DNA from: Bacteroidetes bacterium ADurb.Bin234 | GTDB taxonomy: Bacteria > Bacteroidota > Bacteroidia > Bacteroidales > WCHB1-69 | Assembly: GCA_002069895.1 (NCBI GenBank) | Contig: MWCE01000046.1 | Coordinates: 1 to 49,671 of the forward strand | Reading direction: 5' to 3' | Length of the DNA: 49,671 nucleotides | Shown here: piece after piece, positions 7,689 to 17,657 of the stretch | Layout: each line of letters starts with the position of its first letter | Numbering within the stretch: the stretch's first letter is position 1 | The notes under the pieces: generated by a model | Told to the model about the DNA's origin: nothing | Seen by the model: the letters and a program-made list of their open reading frames with translations, nothing else | Database searches by the model: none | Program-made: the position numbers and the translations under genes

Positions 7689-8492
7689 ATGGATCATACT
7701 GTTTTATTAGCCTTTATATTTACCTTATTGGCAGGATTGGCTACCGGATTGGGTGGAATTATAGCTGTTGTTGCCACGCGCACCAATAAGTCGTTCTTTT
7801 CTTTTTCGCTGGGATTATCGGCCGGAGTGATGATTTATGTTTCTTTTGTTGAGTTGTTTAAAGAAGCTGAAATCATCTTAGGACAACAGCTGGGTGAGAA
7901 ACCGGGTCTTATTTTAACGGTTCTCTGTTTTTTCCTGGGCATGCTTTTGGTAGGTTTGATCGACAAATTGGTTCCATCCCATGAAAACCCACATGAAATC
8001 CGAACGGTTGAAGATATGAACCGTCTTCCGTCGAAGAATCAGAAGTTTATGAAGATGGGTATTGTCACTGCATTAGCTGTGGCGATACATAATTTTCCCG
8101 AAGGGATAGCCACTTTTATGGCTGTAATCGAAAGTCCCGCCTTAGGTATAATGATAGCCGTTGCCATTGCCATTCATAACATACCCGAAGGCATTGCCAT
8201 TGCCGTTCCTATTTATCATGCCACGGGAAATAAAAAGCGAGCTTTGCGTTTATCATTCCTATCGGGTTTAGCCGAGCCCTTAGGAGCCGTATTAGCTTAT
8301 TTGTTTTTAACTCCTTTTATGTCGCCCATACTGTTGGGATGTGTGTTTGCGGTTATTGCAGGTATTATGGTTTATATTTCGTTCGATGAATTGCTGCCTG
8401 CTTCACGTGAATACGGGGAGCACCATATTTCTATTTACGGCTTGATTTCGGGTATGGCCATTATGGCATTGAGTTTGATTTTATTGATATAA
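7689..8492 (+). CDS. zupT: ZIP-family zinc transporter ZupT
   Basis: Two HNFPEG/HNIPEG motifs and a multi-pass membrane profile. Start at MDHTVLLAF (ATG 7689), downstream of the promoter box. Confidence 0.9.
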   Translation: MDHTVLLAFIFTLLAGLATGLGGIIAVVATRTNKSFFSFSLGLSAGVMIYVSFVELFKEAEIILGQQLGEKPGLILTVLCFFLGMLLVGLIDKLVPSHENPHEIRTVEDMNRLPSKNQKFMKMGIVTALAVAIHNFPEGIATFMAVIESPALGIMIAVAIAIHNIPEGIAIAVPIYHATGNKKRALRLSFLSGLAEPLGAVLAYLFLTPFMSPILLGCVFAVIAGIMVYISFDELLPASREYGEHHISIYGLISGMAIMALSLILLI

Positions 8493-8642
8493 TATCCCCT
8501 ACATAAATTCCTTCGCAAGGATAGTATATACATATATTAATGTATATATCTCATACATCCAAATCACAACTACATCATTAATTGATATGGCAATATGACA
8601 GTCTATTATCGTTTGTTGAATGGTTCGTTATTCCGATATCTT

Positions 8643-9977
8643 TTAATCGACGGCGTTGGTTAAAAAAGGCGGGTTTTCCATCATACCGTTGGATCCTACC
8701 CTTATATTCGACGTTTCTTGTTCGAAAAACATACCCCCGTGTTGTTTCATTTTCATCCTTTCATAAGGTGTGAGTTTTAAATATTCATCGATTTGTTCCG
8801 GGGTCATTTCTCTTAAATTGTTATTATCGATAATGCCGCCATCACCCATTTTGCCTTTATTTGAAGTGTTATCCTTTGTTTCGGGTGTTGTTTGGTTATC
8901 AACAGCTTGATTTATTTGAATTTTTTTTATGTTATCGTCGGAAGCGTCGGTGAATTCTTCTCTGGAAAAATCGGTTGTTTTTTCGTGTAATCCGGTAGCT
9001 ATAACGGTAACCCGTATTTGTTGTCCCAATGAATCGTCGACACCGTGTCCCCAAATAAGTTTCTTTTTCATGGAGCAGGTTTTGTTTTCGAGGTGTTCTG
9101 TAATGATGTCGAGTTCTTCGATGGTAGCTTCGCATTCATTTCCATAAGAAATAAAGAATAGAACATTTTCGGCACCATAGATAGTATTTTTGTCTAGGAG
9201 CGGACTGTCGGTTGCGGCTTCAACAGCTTCTTGCGCCCTGTTTTCCCCTTGTGCACTACCCGAACCGATGATGGCGGTACCACTTTTTTTCAAGACGGTT
9301 TTCACATCATTGAAGTCGACGTTGATAACACCGTGAACGGTTATCAGTTCGGCTATACTCTTAGCTGCTATCAACAACACATCGTCCACCTTAGCAAAAG
9401 CATTCGAGAGTTTCAAATCGGGATAAAAGCTTTTTAAGGATTCGTTTTTAATTACAATGAGGGCATCGACATTCTGACGTAATTCACTAATGCCTTCATC
9501 GGCAACTTTAAATTTCCCTGTCTGTTCGAATTTAAAAGGATAGGTAACAATGGCAACGGTAAGAATGCCGAGGTCGCGGGCGATATCCGCCACGATAGGA
9601 GAAGCCCCCGTACCGGTTCCGCCACCCATACCGGCAGTGATAAAGAGCATTTTAGTACCTTCTAAAGCTTTTTTAATTTGTTCAGCACTATCTAAGGCCG
9701 CTTGACGTGCCACTTCGGGGTCGGCACCGGCTCCCAGTCCGCCATCGCCTAATTGGATTTTAAGAGGTATGGGACTGTTGACAAGGGCTTGCTTGTCAGT
9801 ATTACATATCATAAAATCAACATCCTTAATTCCCATATTATACATATGCTTAACGGCATTACCCCCACCGCCTCCTACTCCCATAACTTTTATAATGGAT
9901 AACTGAGGTTGTTGTTTGGTATCAACAATGGGTGTTATTTGTCCCAAAACTTCGTCATCTAAATTAATATCTATCAT
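8643..9977 (-). CDS. ftsZ: cell division protein FtsZ
   Basis: GVGGGGGNAV and GMGGGTGTGASP tubulin signature. C-terminal PPFL peptide. Confidence 0.97.
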   Translation of the reverse strand: MIDINLDDEVLGQITPIVDTKQQPQLSIIKVMGVGGGGGNAVKHMYNMGIKDVDFMICNTDKQALVNSPIPLKIQLGDGGLGAGADPEVARQAALDSAEQIKKALEGTKMLFITAGMGGGTGTGASPIVADIARDLGILTVAIVTYPFKFEQTGKFKVADEGISELRQNVDALIVIKNESLKSFYPDLKLSNAFAKVDDVLLIAAKSIAELITVHGVINVDFNDVKTVLKKSGTAIIGSGSAQGENRAQEAVEAATDSPLLDKNTIYGAENVLFFISYGNECEATIEELDIITEHLENKTCSMKKKLIWGHGVDDSLGQQIRVTVIATGLHEKTTDFSREEFTDASDDNIKKIQINQAVDNQTTPETKDNTSNKGKMGDGGIIDNNNLREMTPEQIDEYLKLTPYERMKMKQHGGMFFEQETSNIRVGSNGMMENPPFLTNAVD

Positions 9978-10007
9978 TGTTATTGTTTTTTATTGTTATA
10001 AATAATT

Positions 10008-11399
10008 TTAATTATCAAAATCATCATCGTCATCGTCGTCTTTTTCATCCACATCTTCGAGTAAAGAATCAATCAAACCGCGAACTTTATCCCAAGTACC
10101 GTATCTCGCAGTAGATCCAATCGATTTGGATTTCTCTACAGGTTCGGATTTATCTTTTTGCTTGGGTGATTCTTCTTCTTCGAATGTTTTAATGATGTCT
10201 GCTTCATCTTTTTCGATACCCATAACCATCAAACCGAGAGCGGTTGAATAAATCGGATTATTTATTTTCGAGTCTTGTTTATGAACGATTTTTTCTTCGG
10301 GGTTGCCAATTCTTACCGACATACCGGTTTTGAATTCCGTAAATTCTTTTATGTTATTCAACAAAGCACCTCCTCCTGTTAATACCAAACCGCAACCTAA
10401 TTTCTTTACATAATCGGAGTTTCTGATTTCAAACATAATGCGTTCAATAATTTCATTCACCCTTGCGGCAATCACTTCGGCCAACTGGACTTGTTGGATA
10501 TTAATGGCCGGACGACCTTTGATGCCGGGAACGGAAATAATGTGGTCGGGTTTACTTTTGTCGGCTATACATGAACCGTATTTTAGTTTGATGGCTTCGG
10601 CGTTTTCTTTGATAATACCTTTAAAAACGGTTTTAATATCTTCGGTAATCACATCACCTCCAATGGGAATAACTGCCGAATGACGTAAAATGCCGTTATA
10701 GAAAACCGCTATATCGGTGGTACCGCCTCCGATATCAACCAAAGCAACTCCCGATTCTTTTTCTTTTTCATCCAACACCACCTCGGCCGATGCAATAGGT
10801 TCGAGCACGAGTCCTTCCATTTTTAAATTGCATTTTTGAATGCAGCGGGCTATATTTTTAATATGTTGTGAATTACCGGTAATGATATTAAACACCGAAC
10901 CCAATTGCGTTCCCAACACCCCGATAGGGTCTTTCAAATCGTTGTAATCATCCACAAAAAACTCTTGGGGAATGGCATCGATAATCTGGACACCGGGTTT
11001 AACGGATATTTTAAACATGTCTTCGACAAGCATTTTCACATCTTCTTTTGTTACTTCCGAATCGGCATCCCTGCGTTTGATTTCGCCTTCGGCATGAAAA
11101 CTGTTGATGTGTTGACCGGCAATTCCGCCTACAACGGTATCGATGGTTACGCCTGAACTTGCAACCGCTTGTTTTATAGCATATTTAATAGCTTCAACCG
11201 TTTTTACTATATTTATCACTTGACCGCGTTGAACACCTAAAGATATATGTTCACCCGAACCCATAAGTTCAATGTTACCTTCCTTGTTTCTTTGACCTAC
11301 GCAAACCGCTATTTTCGTTGTTCCTATGTCTAATCCGACAGCAATTTTATCGGTTTTCTCAACTACTGCGGGTGCTTTTTCTTTCTTACGTCTAAACAT
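10008..11399 (-). CDS. ftsA: cell division protein FtsA
   Basis: Actin-like ATPase motifs GLDIGTTKI and VDIGGGTTDIAV. Located in the dcw cluster. Unusual poly-Asp C-terminus. Confidence 0.95.
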   Translation of the reverse strand: MFRRKKEKAPAVVEKTDKIAVGLDIGTTKIAVCVGQRNKEGNIELMGSGEHISLGVQRGQVINIVKTVEAIKYAIKQAVASSGVTIDTVVGGIAGQHINSFHAEGEIKRRDADSEVTKEDVKMLVEDMFKISVKPGVQIIDAIPQEFFVDDYNDLKDPIGVLGTQLGSVFNIITGNSQHIKNIARCIQKCNLKMEGLVLEPIASAEVVLDEKEKESGVALVDIGGGTTDIAVFYNGILRHSAVIPIGGDVITEDIKTVFKGIIKENAEAIKLKYGSCIADKSKPDHIISVPGIKGRPAINIQQVQLAEVIAARVNEIIERIMFEIRNSDYVKKLGCGLVLTGGGALLNNIKEFTEFKTGMSVRIGNPEEKIVHKQDSKINNPIYSTALGLMVMGIEKDEADIIKTFEEEESPKQKDKSEPVEKSKSIGSTARYGTWDKVRGLIDSLLEDVDEKDDDDDDDFDN

Positions 11400-11417
11400 A
11401 TTGTTATTTTTTATATG

Positions 11418-12182
11418 TTAATTTCTCTTTTCACATGGAATTTGATTGCCGAATTTGAGGTTGATGCTTTCAAATTTATTCCAACCGGTAATCTTAAATC
11501 CCTTCGTATATATATTTTTTAAATTATTGAATTTCTCTTCCATATTATTTAATCTGCCAAATAAAATAATGTGTTCCCCTACAACCGGCACCAATTCCAT
11601 TTCTTGCTGCAAATTTATATAAATTTGAGCAATCTGGGCTTTCCAAAAAGCATCCTTTTCGATAAATTGTGCCAATTTCCATATACTGTATAACCTGCTT
11701 TTGGGATGCTTTTTAACATTAAATCCTTGACGGTAGGACTGGGTGATGTTTCCATTGGCAATCAACACCCTTTCACAGCCAACGGAAGAAGACGGTACCA
11801 AAAAACCCGTTTCGGAAATATAATAAGATTCGTTTTTTTGGTTAAACACATTGGCAATCACTTTATGTTGAACGGCTTTAACTATCAAATGACCCCTTGT
11901 ATTGGCCAGCACTTCGACCGATTCGAGATAAGGGAAAGCTTCTATTTTTGTTTCAATTTCATCCAAATCGACGGAGTGTATCATTTTCCCCACCAACATA
12001 CCGCAAGTGTCGTTCACAAATTTATCCAACTCTTTTTCAGTAAATAATGCCTGTGAAGGATAGCTTATTTGATAAATAATTTTTTGATAAGTTTTCCCTT
12101 TCGATAAAAGAGCGTTGGTGATGATAACCCCTACAATAATAAGGATCAATATAATAATTAATATGATTCGTTTCTTATTCAT
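11418..12182 (-). CDS. ftsQ: cell division protein FtsQ (POTRA-containing)
   Basis: 254 aa with an N-terminal TM helix. Sits between murC and ftsA. Confidence 0.8.
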   Translation of the reverse strand: MNKKRIILIIILILIIVGVIITNALLSKGKTYQKIIYQISYPSQALFTEKELDKFVNDTCGMLVGKMIHSVDLDEIETKIEAFPYLESVEVLANTRGHLIVKAVQHKVIANVFNQKNESYYISETGFLVPSSSVGCERVLIANGNITQSYRQGFNVKKHPKSRLYSIWKLAQFIEKDAFWKAQIAQIYINLQQEMELVPVVGEHIILFGRLNNMEEKFNNLKNIYTKGFKITGWNKFESINLKFGNQIPCEKRN

Positions 12183-13537
12183 AGGGAGAAAGCTGTTTTT
12201 ATTTTTTCTACTAATCGGTCGATATCTCCTGCGCCGAAACTAATAATAAGGTTGGGATGTATTGATTTTAAATAAGGAATAAGTTCGTTTTTATCAAGTA
12301 TACGTTTGGCAGGATTTTTAATTTTATTAAGAAGCATTTGAGCATCTACTCCTTCAATGGGTTCTTCTCTTGCGGGATAAATTTCCAACAAAATAATTTC
12401 GTCAAGTAGGTCGAGGCTACGCGCAAAATCGTCGGCAAAATCACGGGTACGTGTATAGAGATGCGGTTGAAAGATACCGCAAATTTTTCGTGTAGGATGT
12501 AATAGTTTAGCCGATTGAATGGCTGCTTTCAATTCGTTGGGGTGATGGGCGTAGTCGTCGATATAAATCAAATCATCTCTACATATGATGTATTCAAAAC
12601 GGCGTTTTACACCTTTGTATTCCGACAATTTATGTTTAATCCATTCAAAAGGAAGCTGCTGCACCCAAGCAAGGGCTGTTGCCGCAACAGCATTTTCAAC
12701 ATTATGCAAACCGCCGGTTTGAAAGGATATGTTCTCGATAATTCCCGTTGGTGTATGTATATTAAATTGGTAGCGTTCTTCTTTAATAACTATATCAGAA
12801 GCATAAAAATCGTTGGCAGGACTATTAAGATTATAGGTATATATTTTCCCGGCAAAATGCATACGAGGCAATAAATCGGATTTAAGAATTAAACATCCAC
12901 CCGATTTTATATTATTTGCAAAACGGTTAAAAGCATCGACCATGGATTGACCGGTTTCATATATATCTAAATGATCGGCATCCATTGAGGAGATAAGTGC
13001 TGTGTCGGGATGAAGATGAAGAAAAGAACGATCATATTCATCGGCCTCCACTATCAAACAATCGGCATCGGCTTCATATAAAAAATTAGATTTAAAATTC
13101 AAGGCAATACCTCCTATAAACGACAACAATCTTTTTTGTTCCCAAAACAATAAACTGGCCATGGAAGTAATCGACGTTTTACCATGTGAACCGGCAATGG
13201 CAATGGTATACTTGTCTTTACTGATGCACCCCAATACTTCGGAGCGTTTCATTAAAGGGAATTGTTTTTCTTTGACGTATTGCATTTCTTTATTTGAGGT
13301 GGGAATGGCCGTGGTGAAAATAACCAAATCGGCTTCGTCGGGAATAAAATCCGGATTATCTTCAAAATGCACATCAATTTCTTCGGTCAGTAATTTATCG
13401 GTAATAGGAGAAGGTGTTTTGTCATATCCCGAAACCATGCATTTCTTTTCTTTGAAATAGCGAGCCAAGGCACTCATTCCTATGCCTCCTATTCCCAAGA
13501 AATAAACCGTTTTAATGTTTTCGGGTAATTGATTCAT
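12179..13537 (-). CDS. murC: UDP-N-acetylmuramate--L-alanine ligase
   Basis: GIGGIGMSALA Rossmann motif and GSHGKTS P-loop. Located in the dcw cluster. Confidence 0.95.
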   Translation of the reverse strand: MNQLPENIKTVYFLGIGGIGMSALARYFKEKKCMVSGYDKTPSPITDKLLTEEIDVHFEDNPDFIPDEADLVIFTTAIPTSNKEMQYVKEKQFPLMKRSEVLGCISKDKYTIAIAGSHGKTSITSMASLLFWEQKRLLSFIGGIALNFKSNFLYEADADCLIVEADEYDRSFLHLHPDTALISSMDADHLDIYETGQSMVDAFNRFANNIKSGGCLILKSDLLPRMHFAGKIYTYNLNSPANDFYASDIVIKEERYQFNIHTPTGIIENISFQTGGLHNVENAVAATALAWVQQLPFEWIKHKLSEYKGVKRRFEYIICRDDLIYIDDYAHHPNELKAAIQSAKLLHPTRKICGIFQPHLYTRTRDFADDFARSLDLLDEIILLEIYPAREEPIEGVDAQMLLNKIKNPAKRILDKNELIPYLKSIHPNLIISFGAGDIDRLVEKIKTAFSL

Positions 13538-13540
13538 GAT

Positions 13541-14653
13541 TTATATTAATTTTTTAATTTCGTTCACAATACGTTGATTAGCATCGGGGATAGCCAATTT
13601 TTTCAGATTAAGGCTCATCTCTTTGCACTTCTGCTGATTATTTATTAATTCAAACAAAAAATAAGACAATTTTTCTTTGGCGTCTTTGTCGGCAATACAA
13701 ACGGCAGCTCCGGCATTGGCAAGTACATTTGCGTTTTTTGTCTGATGGTCTTCGGCCACATTGGGAGAAGGAATTAAAATACAAGGTTTACCAACAATAC
13801 ACAACTCCGAAATCGACAAAGCTCCCGCTCGCGAAACAATTACATCCGACACTTGATAGAGATAATCCATTCGTTGAACAAAAGGCAGGATTTTTATCCC
13901 GTTTAACTGCTTCATTTCCTCAGGTATGGAAGCATAGTAATACTCTCCTGTTTGCCAAACAAGTTGTATGTCCTCACTCTCCAAATCGTTCACTATCTCT
14001 TTCACGCTTTCGTTAATGGAACGAGCTCCTAAACTGCCTCCTATGATGGAAACGGTTTTTTTATTTGCTTGTAATCCGAAATAGGCATAGGCTTCGCTTT
14101 TGTCGTCGGGAAGATGGATAATATCCTTACGAACCGGATTCCCTGTTTTTACGGTTTTTTCAAGGGGAAAATATTTTTCCAGATTTTCGTAAGCTGTGCA
14201 AATGACTCTTGCTTTCTTTGCCAGCATTTTATTGGTAATGCCGGGATAAGAATTTTGTTCTTGAATTAGCGTAGGAATATGTTTATTAGCGGCTATTCTT
14301 AAAACCGGTCCGCTCACATAGCCTCCCACTCCAATAACAACATCGGGTTTAAAATCGAGTATTATTTTTTTTGCTTTCCGTAAACTACGCCACAGCCGGA
14401 ACGGAAGTTTTAAATTCGCAATAATACCCTTTATCGATAAACTTCGCTGCAATCCATACATATCAATGCCTTTAATCGGATAACCCGCTTCAGGAACACG
14501 TTTCATTTCCATGCGATTGTTAGCACCGACAAATAAAATTTCCATCTCCGGTATTTGTTCCTTTAATTCATTGGCAATGGCAATGGCAGGAAAAATATGA
14601 CCGCCTGTACCCCCTCCCGATATAATTGCTTTTTTATGCATTTGATTTAACAT
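13541..14653 (-). CDS. murG: undecaprenyldiphospho-muramoylpentapeptide beta-N-acetylglucosaminyltransferase
   Basis: GGGTGGHIFPA motif. Located in the dcw cluster. Confidence 0.95.
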   Translation of the reverse strand: MLNQMHKKAIISGGGTGGHIFPAIAIANELKEQIPEMEILFVGANNRMEMKRVPEAGYPIKGIDMYGLQRSLSIKGIIANLKLPFRLWRSLRKAKKIILDFKPDVVIGVGGYVSGPVLRIAANKHIPTLIQEQNSYPGITNKMLAKKARVICTAYENLEKYFPLEKTVKTGNPVRKDIIHLPDDKSEAYAYFGLQANKKTVSIIGGSLGARSINESVKEIVNDLESEDIQLVWQTGEYYYASIPEEMKQLNGIKILPFVQRMDYLYQVSDVIVSRAGALSISELCIVGKPCILIPSPNVAEDHQTKNANVLANAGAAVCIADKDAKEKLSYFLFELINNQQKCKEMSLNLKKLAIPDANQRIVNEIKKLI

Positions 14654-15824
14654 CTTCTTTTTTATTTTTCTTTTCTTTGATAGCCTCTTTGCTTACGTTG
14701 AGAATGATACCTATACTAACGGAACTAATCAAAATCGACATACCTCCCCAACTGAACATAGGCAAGGTTTGTCCCGTACTGGGGAACAAACCAATATTCA
14801 CTAAAATATGTATTAATGCCTGAAATACCAATAAAAAGCCTAAGCCTATCACCAAATAAGCTCCGAAAGGTGAACGCGTGTTGCGTACTATCCGGCAAAT
14901 ACGATAAAACAAAATTAAATATAAGGTAAGTAATAAAATGCCGAAGATAGCTCCGTATTCTTCGATGGTAATTGCGAAAATATAATCGGAATAACATTGA
15001 GGCAAATAACTGTTATAGATAGAATTTCCCGGACCATTAATCGGGAAAATTCCTCCTGTTGCAATGGCACCTTCGGCTAAAATTTCCTGACGTACATTGT
15101 CGGGATTTATATTTTTCACATGGGTTTCGATATCTATTTCTTTGGGAACAATAAAACGTTCGATTCGGTTTTTAACGGTTTCAAATCGATTAAAACCCGG
15201 TATGCCTAATCCGTTGGTCGAAATAAATAATGCGCCAAATAATCCCATGACAACAAGGGTAATAAAAAACACCCTTTTCTTTAATTGCGAAACAAACAAT
15301 ATCACAAAACAGCTCACCATCAATATAATGCTTGTCGACACATTTTGTGTCATCATCAAGACCGTAACAAATAGCACAAATATCAATAATGGTAAGAATT
15401 TTTGTTTTAACAAATTTATGTCGTTTCCCCATTTGGCCGAGATTTGAGCCAAAAAAATTAAAACACAAAATTCAACGATGTAAAAAGTTTGAATGCCGAA
15501 TAATTCGCGTTTGGCATCATTGCTTTCCTGACCGAATGCAATGGTTGCAATCAACAGTAATAATCCGAAAGCAATACCTATTTTCGATAATCGCCCGAAC
15601 CAACGGTAATCAATCAAATGAATGATATATATTATTATAAATCCTAATAATAAATTAAACCCGTGGGAACGTAAATAAAAGAAGAAGTTCTGTTTGGTTA
15701 AATCATCCGACAATCCGGAAGCGGCACTATAAATCACTATCATGGAAAAAACCATAAGAATAACAGTGATTATCCATATAATCCTATCTCCTTCAAAACG
15801 ACCGAAAATCTTTTTTATATTCAC
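14634..15824 (-). CDS. ftsW: SEDS-family peptidoglycan polymerase FtsW
   Basis: 396-aa polytopic membrane protein between murD and murG. The first codon is GTG (reverse complement of cac at 15822-15824). Confidence 0.9.
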   Translation of the reverse strand: MNIKKIFGRFEGDRIIWIITVILMVFSMIVIYSAASGLSDDLTKQNFFFYLRSHGFNLLLGFIIIYIIHLIDYRWFGRLSKIGIAFGLLLLIATIAFGQESNDAKRELFGIQTFYIVEFCVLIFLAQISAKWGNDINLLKQKFLPLLIFVLFVTVLMMTQNVSTSIILMVSCFVILFVSQLKKRVFFITLVVMGLFGALFISTNGLGIPGFNRFETVKNRIERFIVPKEIDIETHVKNINPDNVRQEILAEGAIATGGIFPINGPGNSIYNSYLPQCYSDYIFAITIEEYGAIFGILLLTLYLILFYRICRIVRNTRSPFGAYLVIGLGFLLVFQALIHILVNIGLFPSTGQTLPMFSWGGMSILISSVSIGIILNVSKEAIKEKKNKKEDVKSNA

Positions 15825-15836
15825 GAATATCTTTTT

Positions 15837-16373
15837 TTATAATTGAGCAATCGCATTACGGAATTGATTGCCCATATCTTTATAATCAAAAAATTTGTCA
15901 TCGCAAGGACCGGCCGATGATAGCAGCACTGTTTCGTTTTCTTCCGCCGAATAAAAAGCCGTCATCACCGCTTCTTCCATATGGTTGCGTTCATAAATAG
16001 TTGGAACAAGATTGGCAAAAACCTGCTTAATTTGTGTGGCATTTTTCCCTACACAAATAATGACTTTTACTTTTTGCGACACCGTATCCAATAAATCTTT
16101 ATAATCAACAAATCCGTCATTACTCCCTGTAATCCATATTATCTTCTGCTTGATGGTTCCCAAGGTATAATACAAAGCATTGTGGTTGTCGGCTTTGGCA
16201 TCGTTGATGAAAGTAACACCTCGGAACTTGGTTACAAATTCCAATCGATGTTCTTCTTTATCGAAGCGATTTAAAATTGACTGTAAATTCTTATTTCTGA
16301 CAAACACCAGTCGTTCTTCCGACAAATTTCCTACCGTTTTGGTTTGCTTCCGCAATAATTCTTCAATATTCAT
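15837..16373 (-). CDS. murD: MurD C-terminal-domain-only ORF (truncated murD; possible pseudogene or split gene)
   Basis: 178 aa. EHRLEFV...GVTFINDAKADN...VLLSSAGPCDDKFFDY aligns with MurD domain 3 (HR.E, NDSKATN, LLSPACAS.D). There is no Rossmann domain and no GxxGKT central domain. Only 12 nt separate it from mraY and from ftsW. Confidence 0.75.
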   Translation of the reverse strand: MNIEELLRKQTKTVGNLSEERLVFVRNKNLQSILNRFDKEEHRLEFVTKFRGVTFINDAKADNHNALYYTLGTIKQKIIWITGSNDGFVDYKDLLDTVSQKVKVIICVGKNATQIKQVFANLVPTIYERNHMEEAVMTAFYSAEENETVLLSSAGPCDDKFFDYKDMGNQFRNAIAQL

Positions 16374-16385
16374 ATTTAATATATT

Positions 16386-17645
16386 TTAACGTAATTTAAG
16401 GGTTACTACTGTTAACACTGCCAATATCATCCCGACAATAACAAATCGTTGAACGATTTTCGACTCATGAAAACCTTTCTTTTGGTAATGATGGTGAATG
16501 GGTGCCATTAAAAACAATCGTTTCCCTTCACCGTATTTTTTCTTGGTATATTTAAAATAATAAACTTGTAGCACAACCGACAAACTTTGTACTACATAAA
16601 TTCCACATAAAATAGGGATTAATAATTCTTTCCTAATGATAACAGCAAAAACGGCAATAATTCCCCCCAAAGCCAAAGAGCCGGTATCACCCATGAAAAC
16701 TTGTGCCGGAAAACAATTCCACCAGTAAAATCCCAAGCAAGCCCCAATGAGTGCCCCTGTAAATATCATTAATTCACCTGTATCAGGGATATACATTATA
16801 TTCAAATAGTCGGCAAAAATAGTATTACCTGACACATAGGCTAAAATCCCCAAGGTGGCTCCTATAATAGCAGTGGTCGCGATAGCCAATCCGTCTAATC
16901 CGTCGGTTAAATTAGCTCCGTTACTCACAGCTACTATGATAAAAATAATAATAGGAATATAAATGAGCCATGTCCAATCTTTATAACCATCGCCCAACCA
17001 TTTTAATAAGATCGAATAGTCAAATTCGTTGTTTTTAACGAAAGGGATGGTTGTTTTGGTCGATTTGGTCGATTCTATGCACTCATAAGCATTGCTTCCT
17101 TTGGCCGAACTGTTTTCAACTTGAAACACAGATTGGGTTTGAACATAGGTTTGGGTATCACATTTTTCTTTTATAACCACATCGGGATGAAAGAACAATA
17201 CCAAAGCCACAACCAAACCCAGAATAGACTGTCCGACAAGTTTAAGTTTGGAAGATAGTCCTTGTTTATTCTTTTTAAAAACTTTGATATAATCATCCAT
17301 AAAACCCAATAAGCCCAACCAAACAGTTGTAAATATCATCAGAATGATATAAATATTATTTAATCGGTTAAATAAAAGTACGGATATTAAAATACTGGAA
17401 AGTATAATAATTCCTCCCATGGTAGGGGTACCTTTCTTTTCCATTTGTCCGGCCAAACCCAAATTACGAATGTCTTCCCCTATTTGTTTTTTCTGTAAAA
17501 AGCGTATGACATATTTTCCGATTATCATTGACAAAAACAAAGACAACAGTGTGGCCATGGCCATACGAAAGGAAATATATTGAAAAACACCCGCACCGGG
17601 GAAATCGAATGTTTTGTCTAACCAATTAAAAAAATTATATAACAT
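16386..17645 (-). CDS. mraY: phospho-N-acetylmuramoyl-pentapeptide transferase
   Basis: 419-aa polytopic protein with [10 protein letters not shown] and [11 protein letters not shown] motifs. Confidence 0.95.
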   Translation of the reverse strand: MLYNFFNWLDKTFDFPGAGVFQYISFRMAMATLLSLFLSMIIGKYVIRFLQKKQIGEDIRNLGLAGQMEKKGTPTMGGIIILSSILISVLLFNRLNNIYIILMIFTTVWLGLLGFMDDYIKVFKKNKQGLSSKLKLVGQSILGLVVALVLFFHPDVVIKEKCDTQTYVQTQSVFQVENSSAKGSNAYECIESTKSTKTTIPFVKNNEFDYSILLKWLGDGYKDWTWLIYIPIIIFIIVAVSNGANLTDGLDGLAIATTAIIGATLGILAYVSGNTIFADYLNIMYIPDTGELMIFTGALIGACLGFYWWNCFPAQVFMGDTGSLALGGIIAVFAVIIRKELLIPILCGIYVVQSLSVVLQVYYFKYTKKKYGEGKRLFLMAPIHHHYQKKGFHESKIVQRFVIVGMILAVLTVVTLKLR

Positions 17646-17657
17646 AGTTCTCTGCTT

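Noticed and set aside
7589-7789. 66-aa ORF bridging the SIR2-like gene end and the zupT start
   Set aside because: It overlaps the zupT promoter and coding start in another frame and has no motifs.
8525-8548. Hairpin TATATACAT-ATATTA-ATGTATATA between convergent zupT and ftsZ as a bidirectional terminator
   Set aside because: The stem is entirely A/T (apart from one C-G pair) and lacks a flanking U-tract in the usual sense. It is too weak to call a terminator with confidence.
16374-17657. Absence of murF between murE and mraY as an anomaly
   Set aside because: As far as I know, murF is typically encoded outside the dcw cluster in Bacteroidota, so this gene order is the normal phylum arrangement.
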